The translations under genes and the position numbers were made by a program. Source: Acidobacteriota bacterium (lineage in GTDB: Bacteria > Acidobacteriota > UBA890 > WLXD01). Taken from it: a stretch of DNA of 64,000 nt. The first letter of the stretch is position 1; every line of letters begins with the position of its first letter. The stretch is taken from contig CBDFKD010000002.1 in assembly GCA_965248695.1 (NCBI GenBank), positions 1,184,001 to 1,248,000 on the forward strand, written 5' to 3'. Below the pieces are notes generated by a model that was not told where the DNA came from, ran no database searches, and worked only from the letters and a program-made list of their open reading frames with translations. Shown here in pieces: positions 1 through 10,912 of the stretch.

Positions 1-594
1 GTCTCCGACCCGGAACAAGTGGAGCGCGTCTTCGCGGAAGCAGCGACGACGCTGGGCGGGCTCGACATCCTGGTAAACAACGCCGGCGTCGCCGGGCCGG
101 TGGCGCCGGTCGAGGAGATCTCGGTTGAAGGCTGGCGCACGACGCTGGCGGTTAACCTCGACGGTGCGTTCCTCTGCGCACGACAGGCCGTACCATTCTT
201 GAAAGCGGCCGGCGGTGGCTCCATCGTCAACATGTCGTCGACCGCTGGCCTCTTCGGATGTGCGCGGAGATCGCCTTACGTGGCGTCCAAGTGGGCCCTC
301 ATCGGTTTCACCAAGACGCTGGCCATGGAGCTCGGGCCGCACCGGATTCGCGTTAATGCGATCTGCCCCGGGAGTGTCGAGGGAGAGCGTATCGAGCGGG
401 TTCTCGCTGCCGAGGCGGCGGCGCAGGGGGTCTCGCCTGAATCCGTGCGCCAGGACTGGCAGGGTGCGATGTCGATGCGAGCCTTCGTGGCCCCGGACGA
501 CATCGCCGCGATGATCCTGTTCGTCTGCTCCGACGCCGGCAGCATGGTCTCTGGCCAGGCGTTGGCCGTGGACGGACATACCGAGGGCATGTAG
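1..594 (+). CDS. SDR family oxidoreductase (5' end outside window)
   Basis: LDILVNNAG, NMSS, catalytic YVASK (YxxxK) and RVNAICPG motifs; frame open from base 1. Confidence 0.9.
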   Translation, partial: VSDPEQVERVFAEAATTLGGLDILVNNAGVAGPVAPVEEISVEGWRTTLAVNLDGAFLCARQAVPFLKAAGGGSIVNMSSTAGLFGCARRSPYVASKWALIGFTKTLAMELGPHRIRVNAICPGSVEGERIERVLAAEAAAQGVSPESVRQDWQGAMSMRAFVAPDDIAAMILFVCSDAGSMVSGQALAVDGHTEGM

Positions 595-659
595 CCGGCG
601 TCTGCGACGCTTGATGCGCCCGGATGGCCGCTTGATGACTCGGGAACGACGGGCGTCCG

Positions 660-3047
660 CTAGTCCTGTCGGCTCGCCGATTGTGTGAGCACAAAGGCGC
701 TACGGCCGTGTGTGAACGCCGCGACCCCGAGCTCGTTCGCCTGCAGGTCGAACACCGCCACGTTGGGCATGCCCTGATCCGGGCCATGGAAGGACCACTC
801 GGCGCCGCGAGCGTTGTCGATCTGCTCCCACAGGCCAATGTCGGAGCCGACCCAAGCTTTTGGCGCATTGCCCGGCTGGATGACGATGGTATTCATCGGC
901 AGGTTCACCGGCGGGCTCACATCCTTCCACACCGGCTTGCCCTTGTTTGCGTTGGTTGTGCGGAACACATGGCCGGGGTCCCCGGGCGTGAATTCCTCAA
1001 AGCCGGACAGCGTCACCCACAGCATGTTCTTGTCGTCGGGATCAAATGCGATATCGGTGACAGATCGCCGCGGGACCTGCTTGCGCTTGTCGGCATTGTT
1101 CCATTTCTTGCCGCCGTTCTTGGTGTAGTAAACCTCACCGAAGGCGGTGCCCATGGCGATGGTGTTGCACTTCGGGTCTGAAGGCGCGAACGCGAGCGCC
1201 CTCACGGTGTCGCCGGCGCTCAACTTCGGACCCTGGTCCTTCCAGGTAGCGGTAGCGCCGCTGAAGAAGTTGGTCGACTTCCAGACACGGTCGGTGCCTG
1301 CCACGAACACGTCATCGTCCTGGGCGCACTTGGCGAAGACGCTGATGAACGGCGCGGCGTCGGTGTTTATTCCGGTGTTCTCGAGAGTGCCCGTCTGGCC
1401 GCCGTCCAGCGTGCGCACCAGGAAGAGGTTCTGGGACGAGACCAACCAGTGATCGGGGTTGCTTGCCGACACCTCCGTATCGGCGCCATCGCCGCCAAAG
1501 ACAGCACTCCAGGCGTCGCCGGCTGCACGCTTGTTGCCCGCATCCCGCACGCTGGTGCCATTGTCCTGGGCGCCGCCTAGCATGAAATCCAGCGAATCCT
1601 CGCGGATCGCCCCATGGTAGAACTGCGTCAGCGTCAGGTTGTCGTTGAGTGACTTCCATTTCTTGCCGTTCTTGGAGCTGAAGACGCCACCGTCGTTGCC
1701 CGAGATCAGCGTCTTGCCGGCGAAGGCCAGCGCGTGCACGTCGACGTGCCCCGGCAACACCAGCGTCCACTTCTTTCCGGTCAGCTTCCACAGGTAGATG
1801 CCGCCGGCCCAGAGGACATTGGACTTCTTGGGATCGACCAGCAGCACGTGGTCGTACCAGCATTGAGAGCCGCAATAGGTGTCCTCACCGTGCCCGTCGC
1901 CCAGTGCGGGCACGGCGATCTCCTCGAAGCTCGGCACCCTGGCACCGTCGCGAGCGCTGGCGTTCGTGGTCTTGAATAGACCCAGGAGGCCACTAGTGTC
2001 CTTGTCCTGTATGCCGACGTAGAGCACGTCGCCGTCGGAGGGAGCGATCGCCAGCTCGACCCGACCTACCGAAGCGTCGTTCCACGGTCCACTGAGCTTC
2101 GTCCACGTCAGGCCGCCATCCGTGGATCGGTAGACGCCGTTCTCGGCCGCGCCAAATGTGTTTCCTGCTGCTGCGTACTGGGTATTGAAGTCCTTCGGAT
2201 CGACGACCAGGTGGGACGCTTGCGCCGCAAGCGTGAGCACCCAGGTGACGCCGCCGTCCGTGCTCTTGTACACGCCGGAACCGGCCTTGGCCGCTTGTTG
2301 CGCGTTGCCGAACTGCGTGTTGGCCAGCATGACGGTGTCGGGGTCCCGCGGGTGGACGACGATAGTGCTGCTGCTCGTTCCGTTCAGGTCGGTCGTGTTG
2401 ATGAGCTTCCACGTATTGCCGCCGTTAGTGCTCTTGTAGACGCCGACGCCCGCGTAGGCATCGCCCGAGAACACCGCCTCGCCCGAGGCCGCGTAGATGA
2501 CCTTGGTATTGCTCGGCGCGTAGGCAATGGCGCCGAACGCCAGCGTTGCAAGATCATCACCGGCCGATTTCCATGTCTTGCCGTTGTTCTTCGAAAGGTG
2601 CAGCCCACCCTGGGCTGCGCCGATGACCATCTCCTTGCTCTTCCTGGGATTCACGGCCACGGCCGCTACCCTGCCGCTGATCGAAGCCTTGTCAGTAAAG
2701 GCGTCAGCGAATCGGTTCTCGAGCGGCGACGGGCCAACGCTCTTCCAGTTGGCGGCGCCGCGGCGTTGCGGAAACGCTGCTTCGTAGGCGGCGATGTCAC
2801 GCACCGCGCGTGTTCTCGCATCGGAGGGAATGTAGCCGCCGGGATAGGCGCGCTGCTCGTACGCCCACACGGCGCGCTGCCACGCCTTGCTGGTGCGCAT
2901 GTTTTCCGTTACCTGATTCTCCGCCTGTGAGAAGGCCGACTGGTACCCGCCGAATGTCGGCACGGCGGTGGCCAGCGTCACAAGCGTGACGGTGAAGGCG
3001 AACGGAATCCGGACTCTACTTGTGGGACCGGAACGGGATGTGCTCAT
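660..3047 (-). CDS. Secreted BNR/Asp-box repeat beta-propeller protein (VPS10/GH74-like)
   Basis: Signal peptide; many S-x-D/N-GG-x-TW repeats (STNGGNTW, STDGGVTW, STDGGLTW); GGAQDNG and GGDG motifs. Confidence 0.85.
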   Translation of the reverse strand: MSTSRSGPTSRVRIPFAFTVTLVTLATAVPTFGGYQSAFSQAENQVTENMRTSKAWQRAVWAYEQRAYPGGYIPSDARTRAVRDIAAYEAAFPQRRGAANWKSVGPSPLENRFADAFTDKASISGRVAAVAVNPRKSKEMVIGAAQGGLHLSKNNGKTWKSAGDDLATLAFGAIAYAPSNTKVIYAASGEAVFSGDAYAGVGVYKSTNGGNTWKLINTTDLNGTSSSTIVVHPRDPDTVMLANTQFGNAQQAAKAGSGVYKSTDGGVTWVLTLAAQASHLVVDPKDFNTQYAAAGNTFGAAENGVYRSTDGGLTWTKLSGPWNDASVGRVELAIAPSDGDVLYVGIQDKDTSGLLGLFKTTNASARDGARVPSFEEIAVPALGDGHGEDTYCGSQCWYDHVLLVDPKKSNVLWAGGIYLWKLTGKKWTLVLPGHVDVHALAFAGKTLISGNDGGVFSSKNGKKWKSLNDNLTLTQFYHGAIREDSLDFMLGGAQDNGTSVRDAGNKRAAGDAWSAVFGGDGADTEVSASNPDHWLVSSQNLFLVRTLDGGQTGTLENTGINTDAAPFISVFAKCAQDDDVFVAGTDRVWKSTNFFSGATATWKDQGPKLSAGDTVRALAFAPSDPKCNTIAMGTAFGEVYYTKNGGKKWNNADKRKQVPRRSVTDIAFDPDDKNMLWVTLSGFEEFTPGDPGHVFRTTNANKGKPVWKDVSPPVNLPMNTIVIQPGNAPKAWVGSDIGLWEQIDNARGAEWSFHGPDQGMPNVAVFDLQANELGVAAFTHGRSAFVLTQSASRQD

Positions 3048-3559
3048 TGGTTACCTCCGGCTCGTCCTTGTGGTTCGGTGTCGGCTTCGGCCATGCCGTG
3101 CAGCCACCAGCGAGTTCCCTCGCTACTGCCGAGGAGCTCCAGCTCGACCTCGACGGCCTGACCTATGAGCTCAGGCGGTGGCGGGGTCGCTGTGAGCGCG
3201 TCGATTGTGGAGTCGGGGATGCACATGTTGTCCAAGTTGTCGCCCACACCCGTAACGCTATCGATGCGGATTCGCAGGCTCACGAGACGCTCGGCGTCCG
3301 GCTCGGGGAGGCGCAAGCGTAGGGTTGATGCATCCGGCCCGTCCGTCGCGGAGATCAGGAAGGCCTGCGCCACACAGCGGTTCGGTGGTACCTGGGCCGG
3401 AGCCGGCGGACTCTGCCGCGGTTGGGCATCGCTGTTTGCTTGCGCCGCCTGTACCGTCCCGCCAGACGCGGCGTCTCTTGCTTCGTCCGCGATAGTGCAG
3501 GCGCCGACCAGGAGCGCGGGGCCCACAGCAACCAACGGCGCGATTCGGATTCCGCTCAC
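3044..3559 (-). CDS. Hypothetical lipoprotein
   Basis: Hydrophobic N-terminus with LVGAC lipobox; stop overlaps start of the BNR gene (ATGA). Confidence 0.6.
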   Translation of the reverse strand: MSGIRIAPLVAVGPALLVGACTIADEARDAASGGTVQAAQANSDAQPRQSPPAPAQVPPNRCVAQAFLISATDGPDASTLRLRLPEPDAERLVSLRIRIDSVTGVGDNLDNMCIPDSTIDALTATPPPPELIGQAVEVELELLGSSEGTRWWLHGMAEADTEPQGRAGGNQ

Positions 3560-3632
3560 TTCTTCCCAGGTTCAACGTGGAGCACGGATCCTAGGCTTCG
3601 CTATGGACCGGGCGCAAGGGATTGCGCTAGCG

Positions 3633-4628
3633 CTACAGGTCTACCAGCACCTTGCCGTAGGCTCCACCCTCGACAGCCTCGTGAGCAGCGACGATCTCGT
3701 CGAGCGCGAATCGCGGGCCCAGATGGTGCTTCAGCTGTCCGGCGGCGAGCCAGCGCGAGATATCGGCTACGGCGCGCTCCTTGGCCTCCTCGGGCATACC
3801 GAACACGAGGACGTGATGCACGGTCACGTTCTTGTACACCAGCGCGTAGAACGGAACCGCGGGTTCGGGGTGCGCCTGCGACGCGTAGGTGGCGATGATG
3901 CCGTTGTTCTTCACCACCGCGGTGGCGGCGGCGAGATTGCCGCCGAACTCCACCTCGACGACGCGATCGACCCCGTCCTCGCCGGCTAGCTCGTTGATGC
4001 TCGCCGCCACGTCTGCGGTTCGATAGTTGATCACATGATCGGCACCGCCTTGGAGGGCGAGCTCCGCCTTGTCGTCGTTGCTGACGGTGGCAATGACCGT
4101 GGCGCCATCGAGCTTGGCGAACTGCACCGCGTAATGGCCCACTGCTCCGGCCCCACCGGTCACCAGCACCGTCTGTCCGGAAACCGACCCGTCGGCGAAC
4201 ACGCACCGGTGCGCGGTGATCGCCGGGATACCGAGGCACGCGCCTGCATCGAGTCCCGCGGCCTCTGGCAGAGCTACGGCGCAGTCGGCAGCGACCACGG
4301 CGAGCTCGGCCGCGGTGCCGAATGCCCGCCCCCACTGCGCCTCGTATACCCAGACGCGCTCGCCGACGCGCGCCGAGTCGACGCCGTCGCCGTCGCCAAC
4401 CGATTCGATGGTGCCGGCGCCGTCGAAGTGCGGCACCACGCGATCCCCGTCGCCGGCGCCGCGTCCGCCGAGACGGCGTTTCACGTCCACCGGATTCACC
4501 CCGGAGACGGCGATCCGGACCCGCACCTCGCCAGCGCCTGGCCGTGGCATCTCGACCTCGCCGACCGAAAGTACTTCCGCGGCGGGGCCGAAACGGTCGA
4601 ACCAGGCGGCACGCATGGTCTCTGACAT
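3633..4628 (-). CDS. NADPH:quinone reductase (MDR/zeta-crystallin family)
   Basis: GVNPVD and VLVTGGAGAVG motifs; GKVLV C-terminus. Confidence 0.9.
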   Translation of the reverse strand: MSETMRAAWFDRFGPAAEVLSVGEVEMPRPGAGEVRVRIAVSGVNPVDVKRRLGGRGAGDGDRVVPHFDGAGTIESVGDGDGVDSARVGERVWVYEAQWGRAFGTAAELAVVAADCAVALPEAAGLDAGACLGIPAITAHRCVFADGSVSGQTVLVTGGAGAVGHYAVQFAKLDGATVIATVSNDDKAELALQGGADHVINYRTADVAASINELAGEDGVDRVVEVEFGGNLAAATAVVKNNGIIATYASQAHPEPAVPFYALVYKNVTVHHVLVFGMPEEAKERAVADISRWLAAGQLKHHLGPRFALDEIVAAHEAVEGGAYGKVLVDL

Positions 4629-4634
4629 GGCCCG

Positions 4635-6281
4635 CTACTCCCGGCTGCCGGCGGTTTCGGCAGCGCGTTCAGCCTTGGCGCGCCTCACCATCTCGCGTAC
4701 GTCGGCGCGTAGCTGCTCGCCGTCGTAGACGATGCCGTCCTTGATCGTGTACTTAACGCCGCCGACGCGGGCCACCGAGCCGTCGTCCATCAGCTTCACG
4801 GCGCCGGTGCCGTAGAGAACCTTCAGGTTCTCCAGCGGGTTCTCTTCCACGAGGATCATGTCGGCCAGGTAGCCGCGACGCACGATGCCGACCTTGAGGT
4901 GGTCGGCCTCGGCGCGCGGCTTGTTGATCTCCATCGCCGAGTGCATCGTCGCCGCCCGGATGACCTCCAACGGGTGGAATCCTGCCTCCTGCAGCAGCTC
5001 CAGCTCCCAGATGTAACCGAACCCGTACAGCTGGTAAATGAAGCCGCTGTCGGAGCCGGTGGTCACTATGCCGCCGCGATCTTTGTACTCATCGAGAAAC
5101 TGCATCCACACGCGGTAGAAGTTCTTCCAGGCGATCTCGTCCCAGCTCGTCCAGTAGAACCAGTAGGAGCCGTGCGCCTGGCGCGACGGCTGGTAGAAGT
5201 CCCACTGTGACGGCAGCGTGTACTCCGCATGCCAGTCAGCGTTGCGTGCCCGCATAACGTCGCGGCCAGCGGAGTAGATCGTCATTGTCGGGTTGATGTA
5301 AAAGTCCAGGTCTAGCATCTCCTGCATGACCGCGTTCCACTTCTCGCCGCCCGGGTTGACCAGCTCCCATTGCCGCGCCACCTGGCCGAAACGATGCTGC
5401 TCGTTGGAGTAGTTGTAGTCGACCGGGTACGGCTGCAGGCTGTGGTCTTCATACATCGCCTCGAACAGACCGTAGTAGTGGGTGATGGAATCGAGGCCGA
5501 GCCGGGCCGAGTCGAGCGCGTTCATTTCCCCCACGCCCGTCTGCGCCAGGTGCGCTGTCGAGCCCATGCCGTGCTTGTGGGCCTCGTCAATCAGCGCCTC
5601 CATGATGTCCGGCGACGAGGAGCCTAGCTTGAGGCCGTCGGCGCCCCTCTGGGCGGCGTACTGAACCCATTCGCGCGCCGAATCGGGATCGTCGACCCTG
5701 GGTCCCTGATAGTCGGCTCCGGAGCCGGGCCGTACGAACGACACCATTCGTGGCGCCACGATCTCGTTGTTGTCGGAGCGCTCGCGCTCGTGCAGCGAGA
5801 ACTCGAAGTTGCCGTGCCCGACTCCACGTGAGGTGGTGATTCCGTGCGCCAGCCAGAGCTTGTAGGAGTACTCCGAAGCCGGAGCCTTGGTGCTGCCGCC
5901 GGTATGAACATGTAGGTCGATGAACCCCGGCAGAAGGTACATGCCGGAGGCGTCAATCTCGTGATCGGCATCACCCGGACGCCGGTTCTCGTCGATCGGC
6001 AAGCCCGGATAGCCGACGTTGCTTACCTGGGCAATTCGGTTCCCTTCGACCACCACGTCCACCGGCCCCATCGGCGGACCGCCGGTGCCGTCGATGAGCG
6101 TGGCGCCACGGATGATCAGCCGGTCGAAGGGGCCGACCCCCTCATCGGATCTTCGATCCGGGGCTGGAATCATGCCGCCGAAACCGTCGTCCTGGGCTCC
6201 GCCGTCAAGCGGCGCCGAGAGCATCACGGCGAGCGAGAGCATCAGGACGCTGACGAGGGGGCGACGCCGTACGGTGTTCAT
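4635..6281 (-). CDS. Secreted amidohydrolase family protein
   Basis: LLPGFIDLHVH metal motif, TGSD, GYLADMILV; signal peptide. Confidence 0.88.
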   Translation of the reverse strand: MNTVRRRPLVSVLMLSLAVMLSAPLDGGAQDDGFGGMIPAPDRRSDEGVGPFDRLIIRGATLIDGTGGPPMGPVDVVVEGNRIAQVSNVGYPGLPIDENRRPGDADHEIDASGMYLLPGFIDLHVHTGGSTKAPASEYSYKLWLAHGITTSRGVGHGNFEFSLHERERSDNNEIVAPRMVSFVRPGSGADYQGPRVDDPDSAREWVQYAAQRGADGLKLGSSSPDIMEALIDEAHKHGMGSTAHLAQTGVGEMNALDSARLGLDSITHYYGLFEAMYEDHSLQPYPVDYNYSNEQHRFGQVARQWELVNPGGEKWNAVMQEMLDLDFYINPTMTIYSAGRDVMRARNADWHAEYTLPSQWDFYQPSRQAHGSYWFYWTSWDEIAWKNFYRVWMQFLDEYKDRGGIVTTGSDSGFIYQLYGFGYIWELELLQEAGFHPLEVIRAATMHSAMEINKPRAEADHLKVGIVRRGYLADMILVEENPLENLKVLYGTGAVKLMDDGSVARVGGVKYTIKDGIVYDGEQLRADVREMVRRAKAERAAETAGSRE

Positions 6282-6570
6282 GTGAGCTCCGAGATTCTGG
6301 ACGCGGGAGCGCTCCGCCGAGGGTGCGGGGCGGCAGCGTCGTTCGAGCGACCGGGCGCGCTAACTCTACTTAGGCGCCGAGTAGGAGACAAACGTCGGCA
6401 GCTGACCGCGGGATCTGCCGCGGCCGGATCGCGCCTGCCGAATCGTGGCTACGGCACCTTTGACCATCCGCCGGGAGCGCGCATACCATCCCGCCGTCCT
6501 CGAGATCGGAAGGGAGGCCGCGTCGGCGCTCTTGTGCGATCGTGCCGCCGCGCAAACAGGAGAGAGAGCG

Positions 6571-6990
6571 ATGAACGGAATCAACACCGGCAAGCTGCTC
6601 ATCAGCGGCATCGTCGCCGGCATCGTCATCACCGTAAGTCAGCTGGTGCTCAACGTCGTCGTCCTCGGCGGCGCACAGGACGCCGCCCTCGAGGCTCTGG
6701 GCGTCGAGCCTGTGGGTGGTTCCCAGATAGGGATGTTCGTCGTGATGACGTTCGTGGCCGCCGGTACGATGATGTGGCTGTATGCGAGCCTGCGGGATCG
6801 TCTCGGGGCCGGCCCCAGGACGGCCGCCTGCGCCGGCGTCGTCGTGTGGGTGCTCTACTATCTCCAGGGAATCAGCAACTTCTGGATCCTGGGAATGACG
6901 GGGACGGAGCTGGTGGTTCCGGCGCTGATTTGGGGGCTGATCGAACTACCCGTAGCGGCGATCGCAGGAGCGTACTTCTACAGCGACTAG
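6571..6990 (+). CDS. Hypothetical 4-TM membrane protein
   Basis: AGGAG RBS upstream of ATG 6571; four hydrophobic segments. Confidence 0.75.
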   Translation: MNGINTGKLLISGIVAGIVITVSQLVLNVVVLGGAQDAALEALGVEPVGGSQIGMFVVMTFVAAGTMMWLYASLRDRLGAGPRTAACAGVVVWVLYYLQGISNFWILGMTGTELVVPALIWGLIELPVAAIAGAYFYSD

Positions 6991-7097
6991 CGCCTGAAGC
7001 GGACATCCCCGGTGAGCTCCGGGGGCGTCAGAATCGACTGGGGTGAGTGCTTGGCCGTGGCCGTGAGCCAGGGCCGTGTCCACTTGAGGTACTGGCG

Positions 7098-7937
7098 ATG
7101 AAGAGACGGTTGTGCGTCGGGGGCGCTGGGGCCGTTCTGGGGCTGGTCTTGGCGGCGCCGCCAGTGGTCGGGCAACAGACCTCGCCGTCGGTCGTCGGGC
7201 AGCAGACGTTGCCGGTCGGCGGCGAACAGACTTCGCCGGTGGCCAACACCGCGTCCGCAGCTACTGGCGACGGGCGGCGCACGCTGGCGCGGCTACCGCA
7301 GAACCTCGGCCGGGGCATCGTCGGGGTGTTCTCGTTCGACTCCCTCCTCCCGGTGCTTGTCGGTGCCGCTGCCACCGGGGCGGCGCGCGGGTTCGACGAC
7401 CACGTGGCGTTTCCCGACGGTGCCAACAGCGACTTCGGCGAAATCGGCAACAGCTTCGGCAACCCCTTCTTCGTGGCCGCGGCGGCGACCGGCCTGTTGC
7501 TCGGTGGGCGCGCGGCCAACAGCGGCAGCTTCCGTGATGCGAGCTACGATCTCTTCACCGCCACCGCGGTGAACTTCCTCTACACCGAGGCGCTCAAGCG
7601 ATCGATCGATCGAACGCGCCCCAATCGGGCCGACAACAAGTCGTTCCCCTCCGGCCACACCTCGAATGCATTCACCTGGGCGACGGTGATCGATCACCAC
7701 TTCGGCAAGAAGCTGGGCCTGCCGATGTACGCTTTCGCGACCCTGGTGGCGGGATCGCGGATCCATCGCGGCAGCCATTTTCTCAGTGATGTGGTGGCCG
7801 GTGCCGCCGTCGGCTTCATCACCGGTCGTTCAGTGGTGCGCACCGCGGGCGAGCCAACCGACGAGAACCGGATGACCCTTGTGCCCGTCGTTGGCCCGCG
7901 GGGTCAGCGGGGCATGGTGGTGGTGGTTGCCTTCTAG
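7098..7937 (+). CDS. PAP2 family phosphatase
   Basis: KxxxxxxRP (KRSIDRTRP), SFPSGH and SRIHRGSHFLSD motifs. Confidence 0.9.
   Translation: MKRRLCVGGAGAVLGLVLAAPPVVGQQTSPSVVGQQTLPVGGEQTSPVANTASAATGDGRRTLARLPQNLGRGIVGVFSFDSLLPVLVGAAATGAARGFDDHVAFPDGANSDFGEIGNSFGNPFFVAAAATGLLLGGRAANSGSFRDASYDLFTATAVNFLYTEALKRSIDRTRPNRADNKSFPSGHTSNAFTWATVIDHHFGKKLGLPMYAFATLVAGSRIHRGSHFLSDVVAGAAVGFITGRSVVRTAGEPTDENRMTLVPVVGPRGQRGMVVVVAF
7164..7243 (+). repeat. Three degenerate 24-27-bp coding repeats (VVGQQTSPS/VVGQQTLP/VGGEQTSPV)
   Basis: Visible in both DNA and protein just after the PAP2 signal segment. Confidence 0.6.
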
Positions 7938-7939
7938 TG

Positions 7940-8288
7940 GCCGGCCGCCTCTCCGAACAGCCGCCGTGCCGTGGGCGCGGACAGCGCCGCCAGCGAGATA
8001 GGTACGGGATACGTAGCCGGCGCTGGCAACGAACGAGCGCGCCCGCGACCTCCAGTCGTCGAGGGTCGGCAGAGCGACGCCGGTACGTGCTCCGGTCGAC
8101 GTCGTCTCGTGCAGGGCTACCAGTGTTGCCGGCTCAGCGTAGGGCAACGGCCGCCAGAGCACGGTGTTCATGGCCGAGAACATCGCCGTAACAAGGCCGG
8201 TTCCCAGTGCGAGTACGACCACTGCGATGGTACTGGACCCCGGACGTGTCGTCAGTAGCCGCAACGGTATCGGCAGACGGTGGCTCAT
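7940..8288 (-). pseudogene. N-terminal fragment of ADOP/MacB-type ABC permease
   Basis: PGSSTIAVVVLALGTGLVTAMFSAMNTVLWRPLPY is the typical N-terminus of a much longer permease; similarity lost after ~100 aa. Confidence 0.7.
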
Positions 8289-8493
8289 TCAGGGTGACGG
8301 GTGCGCCCGAGCGCATCGCCTCCGCGACGGACGCACATCTCGACCGCCAAGTCGGTCATCCGCGCACCACCCTTCGAGTAGGAGCCAATAGGTGGAGACT
8401 ACCGTAGCTAGGGAGAAGGAGCGGGAGCCGCGGGGACGTCACCGTCGCGGGACCCGGGAACCGCTCACAATCCGAGCTGATGTCGGGTCTGAT

Positions 8494-9228
8494 ATGTTTC
8501 GATTTGCCATGAGACGGACGATTGCGGCCTGGGCAGTTCATCTGCTGACCGGCAGCGGTGCGATCTGGGGCCTGCTGGCGCTCGATGCGGTGGCCCGAGA
8601 TGACGCGCGTTGGGCCCTGATCTGGATGGTCGCCGCGATGACCGTCGATTCTTTCGACGGCATGCTGGCACGCGCCGTGGGCGTAAAGAAGGTGCTGCCG
8701 GGCTTCGACGGCGCGTTGCTCGACAACACGCTCGACTACCTGAACTACGCTGTGGTACCTGCCTATTTCGTGTGGCGGATGGGCCTGGTGCCGTTAGCTC
8801 TCGGACTGCCGATCGCCGCGGCGATCCTGCTGGCCTCCGCCTATCAGTTCTGCCAGTCGGGAGCCAAGACCAGCGATCATTTCTTCCGCGGCTTCCCGTC
8901 GTTCTGGAACGTGGCCGTGTTCTACATGTATTTCGCGAACATCGACGGGCGCGCCAGCACGGCGATCTTGGTGTTGCTGTGCATTGGCGTTTTCGTGCCG
9001 CTGAAGTGGGCCTACCCGTCGCGTATGCTCGAGATGCGTACGTTGACGCTGGCGGTCACGATGCTCTGGGGTGTCAGTGTGGTCGCCATACTGGTTCAGT
9101 TCCCGGCTCCGGCGAACTGGCTGTTCTGGCTGTCGTTTTCGTACGTCGGGTTTTACGCTGCGGTCAGTGTGTATCTGACCCAGAACGCTGCACGCCGAGC
9201 GTTCGCGGCGCGGCGCGATCGCGCGTAA
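8494..9228 (+). CDS. pcs: Phosphatidylcholine synthase (CDP-alcohol phosphatidyltransferase)
   Basis: AWAVHLLTGSG, DSFDGMLAR...FDGALLDNTLDYLNY, FFRGFPSFWN and YPSR motifs; start uncertain (8494 or 8509). Confidence 0.85.
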   Translation: MFRFAMRRTIAAWAVHLLTGSGAIWGLLALDAVARDDARWALIWMVAAMTVDSFDGMLARAVGVKKVLPGFDGALLDNTLDYLNYAVVPAYFVWRMGLVPLALGLPIAAAILLASAYQFCQSGAKTSDHFFRGFPSFWNVAVFYMYFANIDGRASTAILVLLCIGVFVPLKWAYPSRMLEMRTLTLAVTMLWGVSVVAILVQFPAPANWLFWLSFSYVGFYAAVSVYLTQNAARRAFAARRDRA

Positions 9229-10705
9229 GGCGCGAGACCACCATGATCGTGGTCAGCGAGCAGAGCACGGTCAGCGTCTTGAAGGGGAACCGCACGGCAC
9301 CGCCGGCATCGATCATCGGGTAGGGCAGCAGGGCGGGAATACCGAGGATCGGCTCACCGCCACCGAAGCGCATCACGAACGAGACCGCGAAGCCGGCCAT
9401 CGACCCGATACGGTTGGCGCGCCGATCGTAGAGCGCCAGCACGAGCTGCGGGAAGAGGATGCAGTAGACGAAGTCGCTCGACAGGTACCAGAGCGCGTAG
9501 ACGCTCTGTACCTGCAGCGCCAGAATCGTGGCCGATACACCGACGAGCACGATGGTTCGTCGGATCACGCGGGTCAGCTGATCGGCGGACACGTCCGGTT
9601 TCCACAGCGGTCGGTAGACGTTCCACGCGCCCATGGATGACGCTGACAGAATCGACGAGTCGACCGATGACATGACCGCGGCGGCGAGCGCGCCGAGCCC
9701 CAGCGCGGCGATCCAAGGATCGGTCAGGTAACGCAGCACCCAGGGGAGGATCAGCGCCGGTTCTGGCGTCGGGACTCCCATGGCCTCCCAGTCGACACCG
9801 GCTCCGACGATGCCGATCAACACTGCGGGCATTGCCGCGATGACGCATACCGCCGCGCCGATGAGCGAGGCCGTCCGCGCGGCGCTCGCGTCGCGCATCG
9901 CCAGCACGCGCTGGAAATACGCGTGCCACGGCAGGCCGCCGAAGATCAGCATGAGCATCGAGTCCCACCAGCTCCAGTAGGTGTTCCCCCATGCCGGGTC
10001 GCGCCAGGATCCCCACTTCGGCATGAAGGCCGCCGCGGAGCCCATGCGCTCGACGTACGCGGCCCATGCCGCGTCGATGCCGCCCAGTGCGCCAGCGGCA
10101 ATCGGCGCCACAAGCCAGAGGCCTCCGACGAGCAGCAGGAGCTGTACGACGTCGGTCAACGCCACCGCCCACAGACCGCCGATCAAGGTGTAGCCCACGG
10201 CGACGGCCGCCGACAGCAGGATGGACACGGTGAAGTCGAGGTCGAGTACGGTGCCGAAAGTAGTGCCGAGCGCCGTCAGGATGGCGGCGCTCCAGAAGAC
10301 CTCACCGGTCAATGCCGGGAGGTACAGGAGTGCCGCCATGCGCCGCCCGAACCGCTGGTGCAGTGGGTCGAGCATGGTGGTGAACCCGTGGCGCCGCATG
10401 ATGGGGGCGAAGAACAGACCACCGACCACCATGCTGAGCGAATAACCCCATGGCGCCTGCACCCATACGAGCCCGTTGGAGTAGGCAGCCTCAGCCGAAC
10501 CGTTGATATAGCCGCCGCCCACCCATGTCGCCGACATGGTCAAGACGCCCACCCAGATCGGCAGCGCCCGCCCGGCTAGCAGCATGTCCTCAGCGGTGCC
10601 GCACGACTTGCGCCGGGCAGCGTAGATGCCGATGGCGAAGATCACTGCATAGAGCACGGCCATCACCAGCACCGCGCCCCACTGGACGTTCGAAGGCTCA
10701 GACAT
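9164..10705 (-). CDS. Sodium:solute symporter, high-affinity choline transporter (CHT1/SLC5A7-like)
   Basis: TMSATWVGGGYINGSAE, QAPWGYSLS, TMLDPLHQRFG, GGLPWHAYFQRVL, AAVMSSVDSSILS, LWYLSSDFVY. Confidence 0.82.
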   Translation of the reverse strand: MSEPSNVQWGAVLVMAVLYAVIFAIGIYAARRKSCGTAEDMLLAGRALPIWVGVLTMSATWVGGGYINGSAEAAYSNGLVWVQAPWGYSLSMVVGGLFFAPIMRRHGFTTMLDPLHQRFGRRMAALLYLPALTGEVFWSAAILTALGTTFGTVLDLDFTVSILLSAAVAVGYTLIGGLWAVALTDVVQLLLLVGGLWLVAPIAAGALGGIDAAWAAYVERMGSAAAFMPKWGSWRDPAWGNTYWSWWDSMLMLIFGGLPWHAYFQRVLAMRDASAARTASLIGAAVCVIAAMPAVLIGIVGAGVDWEAMGVPTPEPALILPWVLRYLTDPWIAALGLGALAAAVMSSVDSSILSASSMGAWNVYRPLWKPDVSADQLTRVIRRTIVLVGVSATILALQVQSVYALWYLSSDFVYCILFPQLVLALYDRRANRIGSMAGFAVSFVMRFGGGEPILGIPALLPYPMIDAGGAVRFPFKTLTVLCSLTTIMVVSRLTRDRAAPRTLGVQRSGSDTH

Positions 10706-10912
10706 CGATCGGTAGTGAACAACGGATCGCATGCTACGATCCAGCCAGGCGCTCGTGATTACGGGTGCCACGGGCGGTTGCGGCATTAACTCGTGCCGCC
10801 CGAATACAGGTTTCTCACGGTTTCCGGAGGGAAGCGCGTGACGGTTCGGTCGAGGCTATGAGCGGCCTATTGAGCCGGGCGGTAATGGGAGCCGCCGATA
10901 CGGACACGCTCG